Of a DNA stretch of 64,000 nucleotides, positions 8,987 through 17,374 are shown in pieces (positions within the stretch are counted from its first letter, which is position 1; every line of letters starts with the position of its first letter). The position numbers and the translations under genes are program-made. The DNA is from Candidatus Sungiibacteriota bacterium (GTDB lineage Bacteria > Patescibacteriota > Minisyncoccia > Sungbacterales > HO2-52-23), in assembly GCA_016206285.1 (NCBI GenBank), contig JACQRW010000024.1, positions 1,376 through 65,375 of the forward strand, in the 5' to 3' direction. Below the pieces are notes generated by a model. The model saw only the letters and a program-made list of their open reading frames with translations. It made no database searches and was not told the origin of the DNA.

Positions 8987-9261
8987 TCAAACACGACTGT
9001 TGAGCCGATATTGTCTCCTTTATCAAAACCATGGATCAGCACGCTCACGTCATCCCCGACCTTGCTGAATTCCTCCGGCACCTCGTCCCGATACTCGATC
9101 AGCCGCACCTCGCCGACCTTGCCATTGGCTATCACTTTCATCTTCAGCTTGATCGCGCCTTCCAGCAGCACCCCCACCACGACCAACCCCTTCCCGATCA
9201 TCGGAAATGAATCCCGCACCTGCAATTTTGCCCCGTGTTTTCGCATAATAAATTTGAACAA
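8983..9261 (-). CDS. Small stand-alone protein resembling EF-Tu domain II (beta-barrel)
   Basis: GKGLVVVGVLLEGAIKLKMKV...GDDVSVLIHG resembles the GTVVTGRVERG...GENVGVLLRG segment of EF-Tu domain 2. 92 aa, and its start overlaps the upstream stop by 4 nt. Confidence 0.4.
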   Translation of the reverse strand: MFKFIMRKHGAKLQVRDSFPMIGKGLVVVGVLLEGAIKLKMKVIANGKVGEVRLIEYRDEVPEEFSKVGDDVSVLIHGFDKGDNIGSTVVFD

Positions 9262-9270
9262 AAAAATGTA

Positions 9271-9341
9271 AGCGGGTGAAGGGAATCGAACCCTCGTTCT
9301 TAGCTTGGGAAGCTAACGTACTGCCACTGTACTACACCCGC
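9271..9341 (-). tRNA. tRNA-Gly (anticodon CCC)
   Basis: Acceptor GCGGGUG/CACCCGC, D-arm GUAC-AGUGGCA-GUAC, anticodon stem UUAGC/GCUAA with loop UUCCCAA, T-loop UUCGAUU, 71 nt. Confidence 0.85.
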
Positions 9342-9383
9342 ACTACTATCAATCGTCCTACCACTAAACTATGGCCGCGTGAA

Positions 9384-9647
9384 TCAGGTTATAAGTCTCA
9401 GACGGCGCAGATCATCTTCAGTCCAGCCGATTGCTTCGACAACACTGCGCAATGTTTGACGCGTGAGCGTGTCACTGCTGTGATGATAATGTATAACGGT
9501 AATCCTGCCATCCGGATGGCGATAAATGCGGCCGCCGGAGCGTGTTTCGCGTTCCAACAAAAACCCGTCACGCAACAGGGCATTGACGAGTTCGCGTACT
9601 GACGTATTGCGCAAAAGATGCGAGCACCGCGATACGTTATCATTCAT
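9384..9647 (-). CDS. hicA: HicA-family toxin (YcfA-like mRNA interferase)
   Basis: 87 aa with GF..ER.TRSGGRIYRHPDGRITVIHYHH....LTRQTLRSVVEAIG, matching the HicA core GSH..Y.HP.G...TVP.H...L..GTL.SIL. Overlaps the upstream hicB by an ATGA. Confidence 0.7.
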   Translation of the reverse strand: MNDNVSRCSHLLRNTSVRELVNALLRDGFLLERETRSGGRIYRHPDGRITVIHYHHSSDTLTRQTLRSVVEAIGWTEDDLRRLRLIT

Positions 9648-10057
9648 AGCGTAACCGCAATAACCGGCGCGTTAATGGTTTCAACCGTTTTCGCCATCGG
9701 AATGCTCTGCCCATATTTCACCAAAACCTCAAGGTATGCCTGCGCCGCTTCCCGCAATGCCCCCAGTGCCTCTCCTTGGTTGCGACCCAATGTCGCGCAT
9801 CCCGGCAATGTTGAAATCCATGCACTCCAACGCCCATCTTTTTCCTGTTCCAACTGGGCTCGAAAGACGTAGGACTTTACCTTGTGAATACTCATGGAAG
9901 TAGATCTTTTTACCTTTCTGGTCGCAACACTACTTGGCGCATCTCTTAAAATTCCAAAAGCCTCATCAGAAAACTCTTTTTTAGTTTTCTTGCTTCCAAC
10001 TTTTTTTGCTTCTAATAACTTTTGATATTCTTTTTTGCTGATAGTAACGGTTTCCAT
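9644..10057 (-). CDS. hicB: HicB-family antitoxin (UPF0150/RNase H-like fold with C-terminal extension)
   Basis: YVFRAQLEQEKDGRWSAWISTLPGCATLGRNQGEALGALREAAQAYLE matches the HicB core (…PGC.TQG.T.EEA…EA…LE); lies immediately upstream of hicA with a 4-nt overlap. Confidence 0.65.
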   Translation of the reverse strand: METVTISKKEYQKLLEAKKVGSKKTKKEFSDEAFGILRDAPSSVATRKVKRSTSMSIHKVKSYVFRAQLEQEKDGRWSAWISTLPGCATLGRNQGEALGALREAAQAYLEVLVKYGQSIPMAKTVETINAPVIAVTL

Positions 10058-10095
10058 ACATGTACTCTACCCTATATTGTCTTATGAGGCAAGCA

Positions 10096-11604
10096 TCACC
10101 GATACTTTGGCGTTACCCAAAATCCAAGGCGGTGTTTGCCGCCAAGCATGACGCGGGTCTGCGCCTCGAGCGCGGGAAATGCACCGAACACGATCATGGT
10201 GACCGGCATCAGTATCCATTGGAAGAAATATAAAATATAGTGGCGCTTGCGAAACCACTCAGGTTTGGGCGGCAACAGAATAATACCCAACACTGCCGAA
10301 GATACGATACCGACCATGGCAAAACTCATGATAAAGCGCGTAATACGCGGCAAGTTATAGGAAAGCACCGATACGTTGAATTCTGATCCTCCGATCGTTA
10401 CCGGCAACCAGCCAAGCACGAAAATAATGATCGAGTTGGTCGCCCATGAATGGAAACCCTCAATATAATGAAACCCGCGATAGAGCTTTTTTTTGAAAGG
10501 CATCTTTGGATGACGGCGAAATCCCTCAAGCATATAGGGCACGTTTTCACACCCGCCCCATGCCCAGCGGCGCTGCTGCTTGTAGAGATTTTTCATAGTT
10601 TGCCAAAATGTCAGCGCGACATTGGCATCCATGGACACGGGATACAAAATCGGCACTACGCGCCAATCGCCGTCGTAATGAAGAAAGCACTGCCAGAAAA
10701 TTTGTGAATCTTCCGACACAATGCCCGTATTCCAGAACCCGATCTCGACCAGTGCCTTGAAGGGCATCGCGTGCGATGAGAACGTAGCCATGCGCTCCGG
10801 ACGCGACTGCTGGATCATATGCCAAAACGATGAGGAAAACGCGATCACGCGTCCAAGCGCCGGAGCCTGATAGATGTTGTTTGTAAACAGCGGCACCGGC
10901 TGAAAACTCGACCGCTGCGGATACGGACAGGTAAGAAATTCGTAGGTCAGAATGCCAAAATATTCCGGAAATACCTGCGTATCAACATCCAAGACGGACA
11001 CCATGATCTGCTCATACGGAATTCCGAGCGGATCAATAATTTTTTCTTTCACTTGCCTGCCCGCCCATGTTTCGTTGGATCCCTTGCCCGGAATTTCATC
11101 CGGCAACTCTGCAGGATGCACCGTTGTGAGCAATTGGAAAAATTTGCCTTTGAACTCCCGTTCAATGCGCTGCGCTATTTCCTCCCCTTCCGGCGCGCGG
11201 CCTTCAGTGGCAAGCACTACGATCATGCGATCCGCAGGATAGTTGGCAGCAAGCAGCAATTTGAATGTCTCTGCCACCAGTTCATACGGCTCTTTGTACA
11301 TGGGAAATATCACCAGGTGATATATGTCCTGCCATGGTTTATTTTCTTTTTGGAGCCGCTCAAGCCAGTTTACTTTCATATTATGCCGCATCTGCTTGAA
11401 CGACGCACGCAAATGGAGTGAGAAATATAATGTTTTCAAAAACCAATAGGTATCAAAAACAATAATAAAGACGCTCGTCCATACTGGCAGGATATGCGAA
11501 AACACAATCGCCCCAATCAAAGTCCCCCACGCCAGCACCCCGGGCAGAAATTCAAAGAGACGGAATAAGTTTTTCTTTTCTGTATCGTATTGAGCGGTTT
11601 TCAT
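10096..11604 (-). CDS. Membrane-embedded family 2 glycosyltransferase (processive synthase-like, with DxD and QxxRW motifs)
   Basis: VLDVDT (DxD), KQQRRWAWG (QxxRW), multiple N- and C-terminal TM helices; 502 aa. Confidence 0.7.
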   Translation of the reverse strand: MKTAQYDTEKKNLFRLFEFLPGVLAWGTLIGAIVFSHILPVWTSVFIIVFDTYWFLKTLYFSLHLRASFKQMRHNMKVNWLERLQKENKPWQDIYHLVIFPMYKEPYELVAETFKLLLAANYPADRMIVVLATEGRAPEGEEIAQRIEREFKGKFFQLLTTVHPAELPDEIPGKGSNETWAGRQVKEKIIDPLGIPYEQIMVSVLDVDTQVFPEYFGILTYEFLTCPYPQRSSFQPVPLFTNNIYQAPALGRVIAFSSSFWHMIQQSRPERMATFSSHAMPFKALVEIGFWNTGIVSEDSQIFWQCFLHYDGDWRVVPILYPVSMDANVALTFWQTMKNLYKQQRRWAWGGCENVPYMLEGFRRHPKMPFKKKLYRGFHYIEGFHSWATNSIIIFVLGWLPVTIGGSEFNVSVLSYNLPRITRFIMSFAMVGIVSSAVLGIILLPPKPEWFRKRHYILYFFQWILMPVTMIVFGAFPALEAQTRVMLGGKHRLGFWVTPKYR

Positions 11605-11659
11605 AAAAGTATTTCACTAAACAAAACAGACTGCCGGCAAATCAGTTTAGGAGCTGCGG

Positions 11660-13384
11660 CTATAGTATCTCCTTTTGATAACACTGTTTGCAATAGACGA
11701 TTGGCGCTTCCGCTTCGGTATAGTTGGTTTCAAAATCAGCGCCGCAGAGTTTGCAGACCCGCGAAATGAGCCGTAAATCCCTCACCCATTGGTTAAATTT
11801 CGCTTCAATCCTGCAAAACGGGCACTGCCGCGGAAGCGGAAAATTTCTCTCGCGCAAAAATTTGAATTCAGCCGGAATAATTTTAAATCCTCTTTCACAT
11901 ATACTGCATTGAAGTACTTCGTTCAAGATTGAATCATCCGCATCTTTAATATGATCGGGGATATCCGCCGTCTTCAGGGTAATATGATGCCGCCCTATTT
12001 TGGCTTCCTTGTATCGGTATCCGTTTTCTTCTATGTCTTCCTGCGCGAGCGGGAAAAAACCGTTTGCAATGGTCTCATTATATGCATAGGGCGACAATGC
12101 GACCGGGAAAAATTCTCCATAGCCGTATAGCCTCCCCCGTGTATCCTGATACGGCATTTCTTTCATATGTGCGATGATTTTTTCGCGCAGAGTAAAATAC
12201 TCTTCCTTTGTATACCGTTTATTCAGAATAACATACTCTCCTTTTCGCGCCGACACGCACCCGAAATAATTCGAGCCGCCTATTGAATCTACCGAGTACT
12301 CGGCGTTTACCGCGTTAATCCCGGTACTCAAACAAAACTTGAGTCCGGAACTATTCTCGCCCACATTGCAGCATTCATACGACAAGGCCAGATTGTTGCC
12401 CCAGCTGAATATATCATAGCAATCTTTTATCGGCGGGTCATACAGCATAAAAAGATACTTTGAATCCTCGGCGCCGTTTACCTCAAAGCACTGGGTACAA
12501 TTTCTGGATCGAAATACATGAGAACCCGTCGAATTGACGGAAAACTCCTCCTGAACCGGTTTTGGAGGAAGCGTCTTCCAGTGATCTTCCGCAAGCCGCT
12601 GTACCTCCTGATAGGTCTGGTACGAGCCAAGGTCCCACCGGGCAATTTCCTTGAAGTAATCATCTTTTGAATACGCTTTATTGAAGACATAATACTGTTT
12701 GTTGCGCAGATTAGCGGATGCAAAGCAATTCTGACAATTAAATGAATCTTTCAAGAATGCGCAATCAACCGAATCAGTCACCTGGCTTCTTAACCCTGCG
12801 CATCGGCTGTTTTTATACGAGTGCATCGAATCATAACATAAATCGGAAGAAACCATTGCAGACGAATCCAAGGTGTCTTTTACATGATTTAAAAAGAACC
12901 CGTATGCTGAATTTTCAACGAAATCCGCCATAAACAGCAGGTATGCATTCTTCAAATGCCCCGCAAGGTTGTTATAGAAGGAATTGACCATCGTAGAAGC
13001 ATCAATCCTCAACGCCGCCAAAGGCACCTCATGCAAAAGGCCGTTGAATTGTTCGAAAAACGGACGCGAGAAATCATAGTCGCGGCCATATGTCATGGGA
13101 TCCCATTGGTCCGACCACCAACATGAAGTGCAATAAACCCGATATCGCGCATCCGGAGGATACGTTGAAATAATATCTTTCTTGCAAAGATCGCAAAGCC
13201 GCTGATACAGATGAAAGATGTTGAAAAATGCCAGCCTCCGCTGCAATCTGCACTTCGGACAAAACGTGGGCGGCGGCACCTGCATCTTTTCATAAAACAC
13301 AAAATCCTCCGGCTCGATGGTGAAGGGATTTTTGCAATTTTGGCAGGGCTTGTCCTGAGCTTGTCGAAGGATTTCGGGGTTCAT
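11660..13384 (-). CDS. Cys-rich zinc-ribbon repeat protein, paralog A of a 10-copy tandem family (unnamed family). Start trimmed to MNPEILRQAQDKPCQNC, which overlaps the upstream stop as ATGA.
   Basis: N-terminal CQNCxxPF..PEDFxFYEK..VPxPTxCPxCR, internal CxxCFxC..LRNKQYYxFNKxYSKxxY repeats, C-terminal CxxC..FKIIPAEFKFLRERNFPLP..CPFCR and ...YCKQCYQKEIL. SD AGGAGG lies within the last codons of paralog B. Confidence 0.75.
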   Translation of the reverse strand: MNPEILRQAQDKPCQNCKNPFTIEPEDFVFYEKMQVPPPTFCPKCRLQRRLAFFNIFHLYQRLCDLCKKDIISTYPPDARYRVYCTSCWWSDQWDPMTYGRDYDFSRPFFEQFNGLLHEVPLAALRIDASTMVNSFYNNLAGHLKNAYLLFMADFVENSAYGFFLNHVKDTLDSSAMVSSDLCYDSMHSYKNSRCAGLRSQVTDSVDCAFLKDSFNCQNCFASANLRNKQYYVFNKAYSKDDYFKEIARWDLGSYQTYQEVQRLAEDHWKTLPPKPVQEEFSVNSTGSHVFRSRNCTQCFEVNGAEDSKYLFMLYDPPIKDCYDIFSWGNNLALSYECCNVGENSSGLKFCLSTGINAVNAEYSVDSIGGSNYFGCVSARKGEYVILNKRYTKEEYFTLREKIIAHMKEMPYQDTRGRLYGYGEFFPVALSPYAYNETIANGFFPLAQEDIEENGYRYKEAKIGRHHITLKTADIPDHIKDADDSILNEVLQCSICERGFKIIPAEFKFLRERNFPLPRQCPFCRIEAKFNQWVRDLRLISRVCKLCGADFETNYTEAEAPIVYCKQCYQKEIL

Positions 13385-15138
13385 AAAATTTCCTCCTGAT
13401 AACACTGTTCGCAATAGATAATTTCTTTTCGATCTGGCGCGTAAGAGGTCAGAAAGGCGTTTGCACATGCTGCGGTACCGTGGGGATGCGCGCCTTGATT
13501 TTGGTATGCGGCATTGTACGATTGTTGGCCGGCACATTGGCATGTTCGCTGATAAAATTTCGGCTGGTTGCGATATTTCGTGCGCTCAATAAATCGGCAG
13601 TTGTGGCAGATACGCGGAATCGGAAGCGTCATACGACGGTAAAACTCAAGCTCCATGGGAATCAGGCGAAACGCCTTGTTGCATGATGCACACTTAATAA
13701 CTTCTTTGAGAATATCATCGCCGATGTCGTTGATGTGATCGGGCAGGTTTTGCGCGTCCACCGTGGTTTTGAACTCGCGCGTCTCGGGCTCCCGCCAGAC
13801 GTACTTTTTTCGTATCGCTTCTTCTTTGGTCAGCGGGAAAAAGTCGTTTGCGAGCGTTTCGTTATACGCAAAAGGAGAAAACTCCGGCGGAAAGAACTCG
13901 CCGTAACGATACACCCTTCCCTGCTGGTCGGTAAACGGCATCTCATTCATGTGCCTGATAATTTTGTCGCGCAAAACAAAATACTCCTCTTGCGTATATT
14001 GCTTGTTAAAAATACAGTATGACTTTTTCCGCAACCCCACGCAGCCAAAGAGATTATTGGATGACATGCACTTAAACGAATATTCGATGCCGCGATCCGC
14101 CGGCCAGCAATCCATGGTAAACTTCAAGCTACTGCACCCGCTTCCGGAAACCAGCACCTCATACATAAGTTCGCTGTGCTCGCCCCAGATGGTGAAGTCA
14201 TACGAGTCATAAACCCCAAGTACCACTCCCTGAGAGTATTTTACATTTTCCGCATCAGCTACATTAAAACTCTCATGAACATTTTTACCGGAGGTAATCA
14301 TATCGCCGGATACGTTGACATTGTGCACGCCCGCCATAAATTTGCAGGGTAGAGACAGAGAAAACTGCCGCACCTGTTTTTTGATCTCCTCAAGCGACTG
14401 GTGCGATCCAAGGCCGAATTGATCGAGTTTCGCAAAATAATCCTCGCGGGAATACGGCCGGTTAAAAATATAGTATTGCTTGTTGCGCAGATTCGCGCAT
14501 CCGAAGCAGTTGGAACAGCCCATGCAATCACGTGAAAACCAGACATCATGGCATTTCTCGCAACGGTTGGAAAAACGCGTCTGATATGAATCAACGACAC
14601 TGGTGCACTCATAACAGAATTCATTGCGCGCAAGCGTGGTACAATCGAGAGAGTCTTTCATATTATTCGCATCACTTACGTACGCGCACCGCTCGCAGCT
14701 GCCAAGATTAAAACAGAGGTAACAATCTTTGAGGTTGCTTGCCCCATGCACATAGTCTGAATTGATCAGATTGATCACGCTCCGGCTCACCCATGGCACA
14801 TCGTACATGAGCGTTTTAAACTGTTCGAAAAACGGCCGGGAAAAGTCATACTCGCGGCCATAATCCATCGGATCCCATGCGTCTGACTGCCAATACTCAT
14901 CGTTATAAATTTTTGCCTGCACCTGCGGTGGAAACTCCGAAAAAATATCTTTGCCCGATATCTCGTCTTTATGCCGGAACAGCTGCCGCTCATTTTCAAA
15001 CAGCATTCTCCGAATCATCCGGCACTCCGGACACCACGTCGGCGCAGGCACCTTGATCTTCTCGTAAAATGCAAAATCCTCCGGTTTAATAGTGAACGGC
15101 TGGCTGCAGTTTTGACAGGTGCGGGTTTCTTGATTCAT
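13381..15138 (-). CDS. Cys-rich zinc-ribbon repeat protein, paralog B
   Basis: 585 aa starting MNQETRTCQNCSQPFTIKPEDFAFYEKIKVPAPTWCPECR and ending ...YCEQCYQEEIL. About 65% identical to paralog I at the N-terminus; start ATG overlaps the hicA stop (ATGA). Confidence 0.8.
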   Translation of the reverse strand: MNQETRTCQNCSQPFTIKPEDFAFYEKIKVPAPTWCPECRMIRRMLFENERQLFRHKDEISGKDIFSEFPPQVQAKIYNDEYWQSDAWDPMDYGREYDFSRPFFEQFKTLMYDVPWVSRSVINLINSDYVHGASNLKDCYLCFNLGSCERCAYVSDANNMKDSLDCTTLARNEFCYECTSVVDSYQTRFSNRCEKCHDVWFSRDCMGCSNCFGCANLRNKQYYIFNRPYSREDYFAKLDQFGLGSHQSLEEIKKQVRQFSLSLPCKFMAGVHNVNVSGDMITSGKNVHESFNVADAENVKYSQGVVLGVYDSYDFTIWGEHSELMYEVLVSGSGCSSLKFTMDCWPADRGIEYSFKCMSSNNLFGCVGLRKKSYCIFNKQYTQEEYFVLRDKIIRHMNEMPFTDQQGRVYRYGEFFPPEFSPFAYNETLANDFFPLTKEEAIRKKYVWREPETREFKTTVDAQNLPDHINDIGDDILKEVIKCASCNKAFRLIPMELEFYRRMTLPIPRICHNCRFIERTKYRNQPKFYQRTCQCAGQQSYNAAYQNQGAHPHGTAACANAFLTSYAPDRKEIIYCEQCYQEEIL

Positions 15139-15356
15139 ATATTTTCAAAGTCTTCTTCGCGCAAATGCGATTGTCTCACGATTGACCGAAATGTGCCATA
15201 CGGAATTTCCCTTTTGTTCATCGGAACGATAACCGTATGTATCCCAGCCACAACTTTCCGGCGATACTTCGCGTGGCTTCCGCGCTGGGAGACAAAAACA
15301 AAGCCCCTGAATTCAAGGACTTTGACAATATACTGCGAAGAATACAATTTAGGCAT
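15135..15356 (-). CDS. hicA: HicA-family toxin embedded in the paralog array
   Basis: 73 aa with IVKVLEFRGFVFVSQRGSHAKYRRKVVAGIHTVIVPMNKREIPYGTFRSIVRQSHL, a textbook HicA signature. 8-nt overlap with the upstream hicB; ATGA overlap with paralog B. Confidence 0.75.
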   Translation of the reverse strand: MPKLYSSQYIVKVLEFRGFVFVSQRGSHAKYRRKVVAGIHTVIVPMNKREIPYGTFRSIVRQSHLREEDFENI

Positions 15357-15570
15357 ATTGGAACGCCTTTTTCACGATGGAGGGAGAGCGTATCTCCTGA
15401 ATTTTCCGCGGCACATCTTCGAGATACAGTTCAAATGCTTCCTGAAGATTTTTGATTGCTTCTGATTTGGTCTTGCCGAAACTTGAGACATCGGCGTTCA
15501 GACATTGAGCCACATAATACTTGCCCTCTTTCCATACAATAGAGATAATATTGATCTTTTTCATACGCAT
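15349..15570 (-). CDS. hicB: HicB-family antitoxin (short form, 73 aa). Start trimmed to MRMKKINI; the longer ORF 15349..15921 on the track runs antisense-frame through paralog C and is not credible.
   Basis: ISIVWKEGKYYVAQCLNADVSSFGKTKSEAIKNLQEAFELYLE matches the HicB/UPF0150 core; lies directly upstream of hicA. Confidence 0.7.
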   Translation of the reverse strand: MRMKKINIISIVWKEGKYYVAQCLNADVSSFGKTKSEAIKNLQEAFELYLEDVPRKIQEIRSPSIVKKAFQYA

Positions 15571-15595
15571 ATAATAGCACGTTACGGAAATTTGT

Positions 15596-17374
15596 TCAAA
15601 CGACCTCGCTTTGATAACATTGCTCGCAATAGACGATTTCGGGTCTGTCGGGAGCATAAGAGGTCTGGAACTCGTTGGAGCAGGGAGCATCACCGTGCGC
15701 GTGTCCGGTCTGATTCTGGTATACTCCGTTTGCAGACGATTTACCAGCGCACTGGCAGAAACGATGCCAGAGTTCAAATGGATTACGGAAAGCCAGACGG
15801 GCGGCATTGCGGCACAGGAAACATCGCCTCGGAATCGGGAGCGACATTTTACGGTAAAACGCAAGTTCCTGCGGGATAATACGGTAATTTCTCGAACATG
15901 CCCCGCAGACCAGAATTTCATTCGTGATCGAATCGGAAATGTTCCGAATACTGTCCGGCAGATCGGATAATGCGATGGTTTCTTTCCCCGTAGTTAGCTG
16001 CAAAGAATCGCGCCATTGAAAATCTTTGGCATGCGCATCTTCCTCCGCAAGGGGATGATACATCTGGGCCACGGTCTCGTTGTATCCGAAACGCGAGAGA
16101 CGGGCCGGAAAAAATTCTCCCCACTCTCCGGTTGTTTTCATGTGCTCGATAATCCTGTTCTTGAGCTTTTCGTACTCTTCTTTTGAATACTGCTTGTTGA
16201 AAATACAGTACTCGCCCTTCTTCAGACCGACGCAGCCAAACAGATATTTGGAAGAATGACAGCTGTCGCAATACGTCACTTCCATGTTCTTCCACGAGTA
16301 GAACGAAAAAAAATTGCGGTACGACTGGTCCGGCGTAAGCGCTTCGTAGCACTGGTTAATCTCTCCGGCAACAAGAATATCATAGCTATCCTTGGAAGCT
16401 TCGCCATTCTCGAAGTACTTGGAGTCCTCCGCATTGAACGCATTAAAAACATAGTGACAATTTTTTGAATTGATAAGATCGTCCCCGATCGAGGCAACGC
16501 AATTTTTTAGGTTTGCATATCGACGAGGATACTTCATAATAAACTCACCGAATTCTTTTTTCGCCCGTTCTCTGCCGTTGTGCGTATCAAGACGATACTC
16601 CGCGATGATCCGTTTATACTCTTCTTCCGAGTATTGCTTATTTTTTACGTAGAAGCGCTTATGACGCAACCCGATAGATAGAAAACAATCCGACGAGTCG
16701 CGGCAGTCATAACAGAAATGCATATCTTTGACGCTGAACGAGTAGTATATATTTGTGGAACGATAACACTGCTGTGTACAGATGCTTTCATAGCTAAGCT
16801 CACAATCACCAAAGCTGCTCATTGCGTCAACAACTTCTTTTGCTTTGATCACTTCATGGCCGTATAAGCTATCTTCGAGTTTCCATGCCAACAAGACCAT
16901 ATAGCAATTTCTGCCAAACGAGAAATCATGCGTATATTGACAATTCACGCTTCCAATGCCGTCATCATTAATAAGCGCGAGCGCCGGCACGCGGTTTTGC
17001 AGTTCAACAAATTGTTCGAAAAACGGACGGGAAAAATTAAAGTCAGCCGCGTAATCTTTCGCATCCCACTGGTCCGACCACCAGCACTTATTACAATAGA
17101 CGGGAAACCTTTTGTCCGGAGCGTACAGCGACACGATCTGCTTTTTGCAAAGATCGCATGTCCGCGAGTAAAAATTAAAATCATTGCGCCACGCCATCCG
17201 CCGTTGTCTGCGGCATTTGGGGCAAAATGTCGGCGCAGGCACCTTGATCTTCTCGTAAAACGCAAAATCCTCCGGCTCAATGGTGAACGGTTTGCTGCAA
17301 TTCTGGCAGGGCTTGTCCTGCCCTCGACTCGAGCTCGGGCCGAGAGTAGCTTGTCGAAGGATTTCGAGGTTCAT
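15596..17374 (-). CDS. Cys-rich zinc-ribbon repeat protein, paralog C. Start MNLEILRQA..., with a 9-aa insertion TLGPSSSRG relative to paralog A.
   Basis: Same domain layout as the other paralogs, ending ...YCEQCYQSEVV. ATGA overlap with the paralog D stop at 17371-17374. Confidence 0.8.
   Translation of the reverse strand: MNLEILRQATLGPSSSRGQDKPCQNCSKPFTIEPEDFAFYEKIKVPAPTFCPKCRRQRRMAWRNDFNFYSRTCDLCKKQIVSLYAPDKRFPVYCNKCWWSDQWDAKDYAADFNFSRPFFEQFVELQNRVPALALINDDGIGSVNCQYTHDFSFGRNCYMVLLAWKLEDSLYGHEVIKAKEVVDAMSSFGDCELSYESICTQQCYRSTNIYYSFSVKDMHFCYDCRDSSDCFLSIGLRHKRFYVKNKQYSEEEYKRIIAEYRLDTHNGRERAKKEFGEFIMKYPRRYANLKNCVASIGDDLINSKNCHYVFNAFNAEDSKYFENGEASKDSYDILVAGEINQCYEALTPDQSYRNFFSFYSWKNMEVTYCDSCHSSKYLFGCVGLKKGEYCIFNKQYSKEEYEKLKNRIIEHMKTTGEWGEFFPARLSRFGYNETVAQMYHPLAEEDAHAKDFQWRDSLQLTTGKETIALSDLPDSIRNISDSITNEILVCGACSRNYRIIPQELAFYRKMSLPIPRRCFLCRNAARLAFRNPFELWHRFCQCAGKSSANGVYQNQTGHAHGDAPCSNEFQTSYAPDRPEIVYCEQCYQSEVV

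Noticed and set aside
9276-9602. Track ORFs overlapping tRNA genes (9276-9602; 47224-47517; 47230-47505; 40836-41108; 40933-41124; 6651-6851)
   Set aside because: They run through well-folded tRNA genes on either strand and have no coding support.
15571-15921. Upstream part of ORF 15349-15921 (190 aa) as a long HicB
   Set aside because: Only the last 73 codons match HicB. The upstream part is an antisense-frame read-through of paralog C's 3' end.
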